DNA of 64,000 bases from Microcoleus sp. (GTDB lineage Bacteria > Cyanobacteriota > Cyanobacteriia > Cyanobacteriales > Microcoleaceae). The DNA lies in assembly GCA_042408215.1 (NCBI GenBank), contig JAYFMW010000020.1, forward strand, positions 416,001-480,000. The letters are read 5' to 3'. Of the stretch, positions 10,740-18,287 are shown piece by piece. Below the pieces are notes generated by a model. The model searched no databases. It saw nothing but the letters and a program-made list of their open reading frames with translations, and was not told the origin of the DNA. A program made the translations under genes and the position numbers. How positions within the stretch are numbered: position 1 is the first letter of the stretch; every line of letters begins with the position of its first letter.

Positions 10740-10868
10740 ATAGCAACTAACAACTAACAACTAACAACTAACAACTAACAACTAACAACTAACAACTAAC
10801 AACTAACAACTAACAACTAACTAACAACTAACCAATAACCCATGCCCGATGCCCGATGCCCCATGCCC
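10740..10868. repeat. STRR tract (CAACTAA)n
   Basis: More than 10 tandem heptamers. Confidence 0.9.
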
Positions 10869-11933
10869 CTAAATTATCAAGTTAACAATTTTGCTAACCT
10901 CCTCAAGTTTTTGAACAACTTGACCGCTGAGCAACAAATTTTCTGCTTTGAGAAAACCCGAATTTAGATCCGAACAAACTCCGCAGCGCCACAGATAAAA
11001 TCCGCCGTTCCAGATAGCAGATTGCATCAATTCTGAAGGCTTGCCGAGCAAGACTTCCTGCATTTGTTTGAATAAATTTGAGGCGGATTCTAAGGCAGGA
11101 TTTGTGCTACTAAAACCGTAATCTGCGTGGGCTAAAAGCACTCGCTCGAAGGGAAGATCTGGCTTAGCAATACCAATAATAGCAGTGCGATCGCGTGGCA
11201 AATCGCAACTTCCTTCCAATCCTTTAACTGTGGTATAATTATTAATTCCCCGCAATTCTAAGGTCTTAATAAACATACCTTCCGTCGGTGGGTGCACGTA
11301 GCCGGAAATCAGGTGAACGTCCCCCGCACAGGGACACCACATCAACTCCATAGTGGAAAAAGGTGGCCGTTTGCCTATTTCGCGGCGGTAGGGAACTAAA
11401 GCAGCAGCTTGAGGAAAATGCCTGGGTATGTAAACAAAACCCAAACCCGTACTGTCAAAAACTTGCTGGACTTTTTCTAAAGAAAGTTTTGTCCAGTCAA
11501 CACCTAAACCGCGCCAAATGTCAATCAGGGGAATGCCTTCTTTTGTGGGCATTGTATCACCCCCGTGCATGAGAACCGGGACGCCGGAGGAGGCCAAAAT
11601 CAAAGCAGTCAAGGGACTAATTGGGGCTGTGCGCGATCGCCCGTCGTAAGCAACGCCAAACACCGCAACGCTGTTTACTGAAAACCCAGTTTCTCTGTTT
11701 GGGGAGGCCAGCTTCGGGCCCAATTCTTCATAAGCATCAAGCATTCCGGCCAACTCTTCCCCCGTCGGCCGTTTAATGCGGTGGGAAATCATAAAAGCTC
11801 CAATTTGAGCCGGTGTTGCTTCTTGCAGCAGCATCATCCGCGTTGCCGCTGCTGCTTCGTTTCGAGTTAAATTTTCTCCTGTATGTATTCCGCTGCCAAT
11901 TTTTCGTAGTAATTCTCTAAAAGCGTCACTCAT
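10869..11933 (-). CDS. cnaT: Anthranilate phosphoribosyltransferase-like (glycosyltransferase family 3) protein, CnaT-like
   Basis: MSDAFRELLRKIGSG start, YDGRSRT and MPTKEG motifs; directly downstream of ntcB as in Anabaena. The ORF-track N-terminal extension is repeat-derived. Confidence 0.8.
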   Translation of the reverse strand: MSDAFRELLRKIGSGIHTGENLTRNEAAAATRMMLLQEATPAQIGAFMISHRIKRPTGEELAGMLDAYEELGPKLASPNRETGFSVNSVAVFGVAYDGRSRTAPISPLTALILASSGVPVLMHGGDTMPTKEGIPLIDIWRGLGVDWTKLSLEKVQQVFDSTGLGFVYIPRHFPQAAALVPYRREIGKRPPFSTMELMWCPCAGDVHLISGYVHPPTEGMFIKTLELRGINNYTTVKGLEGSCDLPRDRTAIIGIAKPDLPFERVLLAHADYGFSSTNPALESASNLFKQMQEVLLGKPSELMQSAIWNGGFYLWRCGVCSDLNSGFLKAENLLLSGQVVQKLEEVSKIVNLII

Positions 11934-12951
11934 GATCTTTAAAATTAGTAATTGGTAACTGGTAATTGGTAATTGGTAATTGGTAATTGGCGAGCGGTAA
12001 TTGATAATTAGTAATTTGCACAAATTGACGTACCAATTGACAGAAATCGGCGATCGGCGGAATTTGCATTCGATCGTGAGTTGTCACTAATACTACTTCG
12101 CGAGTCCAAGTCGGATCTGCTGTCGCACTGCCAAGATCAGAAACTTTGGAATTGGCGCGATTGCTTTCGATCGAGCGAATTGCTAAAGTGCGATCGACCC
12201 TCGCCTCCACCAAAGCCGAATGTGGCAACAAAGCAATCAATTCTCCCTGTCGTACCACACCCCGAAAAGCATCGAGAGTGTTCAACTCCAAAACAGCCTG
12301 AAGTTTAGCACCCATGCGTACAAATTGCTCTTGCACCATCCGCTGCATTCCGTAGCCATCCTTAAACACCACTTGCGGGTAACAAATCAATTCCTGCCAA
12401 GGCACTGATTCATACTTAGCCAGGGGATGACCCGCCGCCATCAACACCTCGATCGGCTCATTGTAGAGCACCTCAACCAACATTTCTGGGCCTTGAGTAA
12501 AATAGCGGTTGTTCATCACGATCGCCACATCCACCAAACCATCTTTGAGAACTTTCAGAGCTCGATCGCTCCCGAGGGCTGTCACCCGCAACTGCACCTC
12601 TGGATAGGTTTTACAAAATTTTTGGAGAACAGGTGGCAAATAAGCAGCACAAACCGAGTGAATAGCAGCTACGCAGAGTTCCGGTTGTTTGCCGGCGAGT
12701 AAGTCTCGCAATTCCTGACTGGCATTCTCCCAAGTCTGACAGATTTTGCGAGCGTGAGGCAACAGACGTTCTCCAGCCAAAGTCAGTTTGGCATGGGCGA
12801 TGCGGTGAAACAGCGACAAACCGAGTTCAGCTTCTAATCCCTGCACTTGGCGGCTAATGGTCGATTGAGTGACACCACACTTGCCCGCGGCTTGCTGAAA
12901 GCTGCCGGTTTGGGCAACAGAAAGAAATGCTTGAAGCTGCTCTAAACGCAT
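11926..12951 (-). CDS. ntcB: LysR-family nitrate-assimilation transcriptional activator NtcB
   Basis: MRLEQLQAFL...CGVTQSTISRQ HTH; LGSDRALKVLKDGLVD and VVFKDGYGMQR match NtcB; NtcA site upstream and cnaT downstream. Confidence 0.9.
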   Translation of the reverse strand: MRLEQLQAFLSVAQTGSFQQAAGKCGVTQSTISRQVQGLEAELGLSLFHRIAHAKLTLAGERLLPHARKICQTWENASQELRDLLAGKQPELCVAAIHSVCAAYLPPVLQKFCKTYPEVQLRVTALGSDRALKVLKDGLVDVAIVMNNRYFTQGPEMLVEVLYNEPIEVLMAAGHPLAKYESVPWQELICYPQVVFKDGYGMQRMVQEQFVRMGAKLQAVLELNTLDAFRGVVRQGELIALLPHSALVEARVDRTLAIRSIESNRANSKVSDLGSATADPTWTREVVLVTTHDRMQIPPIADFCQLVRQFVQITNYQLPLANYQLPITNYQLPITNFKDHE

Positions 12952-13066
12952 GGAGGTTTAACTCTAGGTGACATTTGGTGCGATCGTCATCAATATTTGT
13001 AGCTGAAACCATGAATTTTATTGCATTTCCACATCTATCTTCTTCCTTCTGTTATACCTGCGAGTC

Positions 13067-13108
13067 ACATTAACCGATTTGCTCCCCAAGTTTAGTAGAT
13101 TTTGATAC
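13067..13108 (-). promoter_or_regulatory. Class II NtcA-activated promoter of ntcB
   Basis: Minus strand reads GTA-TCAAAATC-TAC (13108-13095), then exactly 22 nt, then TAATGT (TAN3T -10 box, 13072-13067). Confidence 0.85.
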
Positions 13109-13443
13109 AGCTACAGATTAGTTTTGATGGGCGGGCGATCGCGCTCCAGAGATTAGCAATAAACTGGAATTAGGGACTCGGCAATGGGGTGCGATCGCGA
13201 TCGCACCCACAGTGTCATCCAAAGGCAGAATTTTACCCTCTGGAGCGATCGCCCGGCTGAAAAATTTAGCACATCCGGTTTCCCACCCACCATCTCAAAA
13301 CTCAACACTTCGACACAACGACTGCATTTACCCGCTCGCGTAGCGGCGCACTGAGCGTAGTCGAAGTGTCGAAGTGTCGAAGGGCGAGCGTGCGCCACTT
13401 CGCTCAGTCACCGAAAGTCCACAATCCCAAACCGCCCTATCCC

Positions 13444-13674
13444 TATGTTGAAATCACTGTCAGCCATACCGGAATTGGCATTAGCAAGGAGTTTTTGCCG
13501 TTTTTGTTCGATCGGCTGGAGCCAAGCTGACAGCACTTCTACGCGCAATTACGGGGTCTGGGATTGAGATTGGCGATCGTCCGGCATTTGGTAGAACTAC
13601 ACGGCGGGACTGTCTGGGCCCAAAGTCCAGGGGAGCAGCAGGGATCAACGTTCGGAGTACAGCTACCACTTTAA
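13444..13674 (+). pseudogene. Frameshifted C-terminal fragment of a histidine kinase HATPase_c domain
   Basis: Translates across frames as VEITVSHTGIGISKEFLPFLFDR / [10 protein letters not shown] / [39 protein letters not shown]; no 5' part is present. Confidence 0.85.
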
Positions 13675-13836
13675 TCAGTTGACAGTTGTTAATTGTTAGT
13701 TGTGATTGGTTATTGGTTATTGGTTATAGCAACCTCTGGACGGTTATAGCTTGTAAAAGTATAGTCATTTATTACAGTGCCGTGGGAGGCATGAAGTCTC
13801 TCCCCTTTCTTTTTTACTTCGAGCGGATTGACCCTT

Positions 13837-15043
13837 CTAAAGCTGAACTACGCAGCTCTCTATCCCATTGCACAAGGCATTTGGGATTGCTTTTCTCAAT
13901 ATATTGTAAGACCCATTAACATCGGCATTAATTAATTGACCGCAGGATGTTTTGTATAATCCTCTCTTAATTCGTTGGCCACTAAATGTGACATCCAGGA
14001 CGCCAATACTCCCGTATACAGGAATTGGATCTAAATTTAGGAAACTGGATTGAGAAGTATATGAATCTTCCTGTACAATCACTTTTATTCCGACCAATTC
14101 AGCTTTGTATTCCAACATCTCAATTAATCGAGCATGAGGAACAGTTACGAAGTTCTGATTAGTTTTTTTTCCCAAATTAATCTCGTTTTTCCATTGCACA
14201 TTTTTCCCTATTACCAGAGTCCCAATCTTTTCTGAGCTTAAAATATTGATGATAGAACGACTGACCTAGTGTAAGTAATTCTCGATTTTTTGGTTTCTAC
14301 AACGAGTCAAGCGCTGAATCCTACGCGATGTTTTGCGACTTCCTTTTAGCTGAGATTGTAGCTGCACGCTTGTTGTAAAACTGATTAATTGATTTTAATG
14401 GTCGTCCGTTAATCAGTAAAGGGACAAATCCCGGCTGATTTGAAGTTAACGCCACTAAATTATTTAGCCCTAAATCGATACTAGCAATTGCTTCTTTCGG
14501 ATTTGGTGCGACGGTGGACTCCGGCTCATTATAAATTACCTCGATTACATAAGAATCACATTTTGGAACCAGTCTAAATTGACAAATTTGCTCTGGTTTT
14601 ACCAGGGTCTTAATCAAGATATTAGTCCCGGACAGATGGATAATTCCTTTCTTTAGTTGCTTGCTACTAATCGCCTGAATCGTATAGACGAGAATATTCC
14701 GACCCTTAACTTGATCTTTGTACTTGGGCAACTTTGGGCTACCAGTAAATTTTGTTGGCTCAATATTGTAAGCTTTAACGGCTTTAAAAAAAGATTTCCA
14801 ATTCTTGTCTAATATCATCAAGATTTGTTGACTTACCTTGGCTGGTAAGTCCTTGTATGCTTGATGAGACTTCATCAAACGGTTCATTTCGTTGTAATTG
14901 ATATAACCCCATCCATAGACAAAACTCTGACGAATAACGTAGTTAGCGACGTTGTAGAGATTTTTGGATTTAAAGGCTAATCCGTCAATTTCAACAAAAC
15001 GATTCTCGGTGGATTTAATGATATGTCTTTCTGCTAGTTGCAT
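13837..15043 (-). pseudogene. tnpB: IS200/IS605-family tnpB pseudogene (Zn-finger-less subfamily)
   Basis: SIDLGLNNL, LKSINQFYNK, EDSYTSQSSFL and NADVNGSYNI motifs; frameshift near 14360 and in-frame TAG near 14268 (ENYLH*VSR). Confidence 0.92.
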
Positions 15044-15183
15044 TCAGACTCTCCATTTTTTAACGCTCTCAATAATTCTCTCATTAGACCCTCCTGACTA
15101 TATGATACTACAATTGTCTATTGATGCTTACAATCTTAATGAAGTTTTATAATACCAATTTAATGGGTCGTTGCATATATCTC

Positions 15184-15412
15184 GATCCCCCTAAATCCCC
15201 TTAATCAGGGAGTAGGGTGTGAGTAGGGGTTGACTTTGAGCAGAATCTTGTTCCCCCCTTATTAAGGGGGGTTAGGGGGGATCAGATTCTTGTTCCCCCC
15301 TTATTAAGGGGGGTTAGGGGATCAGAATCTTGTTCCCCCCTTATTAAGGGGGGTTAGGGGATCAGAATCTTGTTCCCCCCTTATTAAGGGGGGTTAGGGG
15401 GGATCAGATTCT
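15184..15412. repeat. GATCCCCCTAAATCCCCTT-family palindromic repeat with four tandem ~40-42-nt units
   Basis: Unit CAGA(A/T)TCTTGTTCCCCCCTTATTAAGGGGGGTTAGGGG(GG)AT x4 with no unique spacers. Confidence 0.88.
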
Positions 15413-15469
15413 ACGGGGCCTCATAAAAAACTGGTATTAGGACGTTGTTCATGGCCCAAACCATTGATT

Positions 15470-17710
15470 TTATTGCATTTCCCTTCTTCCTTCTTCCTTC
15501 TGCCTTCTGCCTTCTGCTATACTAGGACTCTGCTCTTGAGCGTAAGATTCATTGGTAAAATAGTAATGGCTGTGGGGTTCATTTTTAGGACTTACTCCAT
15601 TCACCACCAAGCCCAGAACGTGCTGACTGGATTTCTGCAAAAGCTCCTTCGCAAAAGCCACAGTACCAGAATTAAGAACTCCCGGCCGCACAACCAATAA
15701 AATCCCATCTGCTTTCTTCCCCAGAATCAGAGCATCAGCAGCAACATTCACAGCAGGAGCATCAATAATCACTGCATCATAACTAGCCGAAAATTGCTTA
15801 ATTAACGAAGTGATCCGCTGCGAATCTAAGAGAGCCATTGGATTAGGTGGAATCACCCCGCAAGTCAGCACATCTAAATTATCCATGACTGGGGCGATCG
15901 CACTTTTCAATTCAGCCTGTCCCACGATCACATTGCTCAAGCCTACTAGATTAGGAAGTTCCCAAATCCGATGTTGAACAGGACAGTGCATATCCGCATC
16001 TACCAGCAAAACCTTCCGTCCTAATTGAGCTATAGCTACAGCCAAATTAGCCGATACAGTAGACTTACCCTCTTGCGGTAGCGAACTACTGACAACAATC
16101 ACTTTCAGCTCTTTATCAGAACTCAGAAACCTCAGATTTGCCTGAAGCATTCGGTAAGCAGCACTGCTCGAAGTATGAGGAGTACCTCTAACAACAATCG
16201 GTCGAGGAGATAGCTCTAAATCCTGCGAAGCAGACTTAAGCCGCCAGGAATTGCGCCGAGTATTTTTGTCAGACTTTCTCTGGAAAGGAATCACCCCCAA
16301 CAAAGTCAACCCAAACAATTCCCTCGCCTCTTCAATAGTTTTCACAGACTTATCTTGAGACTCTAAAACCAGCGCCGCAGCTAGAGCAAGCAGAGTTCCC
16401 AACAAAGTACCCGACACCAGCAATAAAGACTTACGAGAACTCATTGGTTCTTCAGGAACACTCGGCATTTGGATAATGCGAGCGTTCCCCACTTGCTGAT
16501 TTTCAGTAATCCGAATTTCCTGAAGTTTTTTCTGCAATTCCTGATAATCCGCTTCGGCTTCTTGGAGTTTCCTTTCAAGTTCCCGCTTTTCCTTCTCTAG
16601 CTTCGGCAAAACTTTGACCCGCTGCTTGTAGCCAGCTAGAGCATTTGATAAAAGAGTAACTCGCTCAGCCAAACCCTGGCGTTCTACATCTACCTTGATA
16701 AATTCTTCGATCAGTTTTGGTTTCACATCTCCTATCTGTAAACTTTGATTTTCCAACGGCTGTTGACCACCTAAAACTTGTTGTATTTGTTGGTCTAGTA
16801 AAGCTTTCATAGTAGCTTTCTTAGTTTCTAACCTAATGATTATCGGCGAAGTTTCCACGTAGCGATTTTGCTCAATTGCTAACTGCCTCTCTATTTGTTT
16901 GTATTCTTTCAGAGCTTCCTGCACAGTGCTAGATTGGCTGAGAGTGCTGGCCGCCAATGCTTGCTGGGGATTCATTTGTAATTGGTCTTCAAATGCTTTG
17001 GACTTAGTATTTGCCTTGAGCAAATCAGACTTAGCTTGGTCGATTTGACTTTCTAGTCCCGCCATAACCGTTAGTGCTGAGCTAGCTTCTTGTTCAAGAT
17101 TTACAACTTTATTATCTTCTTTAAATTTGCTCAATTCTGCGGCAGCTTTCCGCATATTTTTGTCTGAATTAGGCAGTTTTTTTTCAATAAACTGTCGAAC
17201 AGACACAGCTTCTAGCCGATTGACTTTTTGATTGTTATCCAGATAATAAGTCATCAGAGTTTTCACGACATCTGCTGCTATCTTCGGGCTTTTGTCTTTG
17301 TAGGAAACCGTGAGAATATCAGCTCCCCGAATAGTAGCTACTGTCAGTTTTTTCAAAAAATTTTTTGTTTTAATCAGATGATTGTTTTCGTCTTTTAAGT
17401 GAAGTCTATTGATAGTTTTTTCGACAATTTCGACAGAACGAATCAGTTCGATCTCGGTAGTCAGAGGGTTACTTTGCTCCGCCGCCGGAGTCAACTGTCC
17501 GATTTCTTTTCCCAATTCTGTTAAAGCAGAGCCAGGAGTTGTTTTCTTAAATAACAGCTTTCCTTCTGCTTCATAAACTGCTTTTTCCTTAAGAGTGCTG
17601 TAGGCGGTGAGTGCCAGAACCGAGGCAAATACAGCTAAGGCTGGTAGCCACCGGCGCTTCAGAATCTGCCAGTATGCCTGAAATCCCATACCAGTTTCAG
17701 TTGATTCCAT
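15470..17710 (-). CDS. wzc: Wzc/GumC-family polysaccharide co-polymerase with BY-kinase domain
   Basis: N-terminal TM after ILKRRW, coiled coil, second TM, Walker A SSLPQEGKST, LVDAD, IIDAP and a C-terminal Tyr cluster (HYYFTNESY). Confidence 0.92.
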   Translation of the reverse strand: MESTETGMGFQAYWQILKRRWLPALAVFASVLALTAYSTLKEKAVYEAEGKLLFKKTTPGSALTELGKEIGQLTPAAEQSNPLTTEIELIRSVEIVEKTINRLHLKDENNHLIKTKNFLKKLTVATIRGADILTVSYKDKSPKIAADVVKTLMTYYLDNNQKVNRLEAVSVRQFIEKKLPNSDKNMRKAAAELSKFKEDNKVVNLEQEASSALTVMAGLESQIDQAKSDLLKANTKSKAFEDQLQMNPQQALAASTLSQSSTVQEALKEYKQIERQLAIEQNRYVETSPIIIRLETKKATMKALLDQQIQQVLGGQQPLENQSLQIGDVKPKLIEEFIKVDVERQGLAERVTLLSNALAGYKQRVKVLPKLEKEKRELERKLQEAEADYQELQKKLQEIRITENQQVGNARIIQMPSVPEEPMSSRKSLLLVSGTLLGTLLALAAALVLESQDKSVKTIEEARELFGLTLLGVIPFQRKSDKNTRRNSWRLKSASQDLELSPRPIVVRGTPHTSSSAAYRMLQANLRFLSSDKELKVIVVSSSLPQEGKSTVSANLAVAIAQLGRKVLLVDADMHCPVQHRIWELPNLVGLSNVIVGQAELKSAIAPVMDNLDVLTCGVIPPNPMALLDSQRITSLIKQFSASYDAVIIDAPAVNVAADALILGKKADGILLVVRPGVLNSGTVAFAKELLQKSSQHVLGLVVNGVSPKNEPHSHYYFTNESYAQEQSPSIAEGRRQKEEGRREMQ

Positions 17711-17817
17711 AAATTACTCCAGAAAAGTGATTTATTGGTAAAAAGTGTAGATTAAACATTGCCAAAAATTCAGTTTTAGCCTAAACAGCATAAGGCTTAC
17801 AGACTCATTCTTGAAGA

Positions 17818-17927
17818 TATAGCAGTTCTCAATCTTGGTGAGCTATGCCCTATGCCCTATGCCCTATGCCCTATGCCCTATGCCCGCTTATCAAGCGTGC
17901 ACCGCACTGTTACTGAGAAAGGCTATA
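17818..17927. mobile_element. MITE-like element with (CTATGCC)n core
   Basis: TATAGCAGTTCTCA...TGAGAAAGGCTATA; near-identical ends to 47095-47209. Confidence 0.75.
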
Positions 17928-18287
17928 TCTGTTATATCACTTAAGTCAAAACTGTCATTTCTTTAAGAAATATGTTGTTTGTGTTCCAGATCACAGACAT
18001 TTTTTTTTATTTTTATTAAACGCAATGTAAAGTTTTATAAATTTATCACCGATCGAAGCAGTGGTAGGACAAGATAGATGCAGCAGGTGATATTTAAAAA
18101 AAAACAATTTAGCAAAAAAAAAATTAGGATACGGGAGATGTTCTTTGTACTATCACCTGAATGATATCACTTGAGTGATACCAGATTTAAAGGCTGATTA
18201 ATTTCAGATGCCAGGGTGGTACAAACAAACACCTTAGCGTCAGGTACTAGAGCTTGTTTTGGTAAACTTGTTATCTAAGAGCGTGTT

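Noticed and set aside
11934..12023. N-terminal extension of the cnaT ORF
   Set aside because: It is translated STRR sequence overlapping ntcB; ATG at 11933 fits better
15241..15412. Possible CRISPR array
   Set aside because: The units are contiguous with no spacers and belong to a dispersed palindromic repeat family
17950..18287. c-di-GMP riboswitch or JUMPstart/ops element upstream of the EPS operon
   Set aside because: No matching consensus was seen
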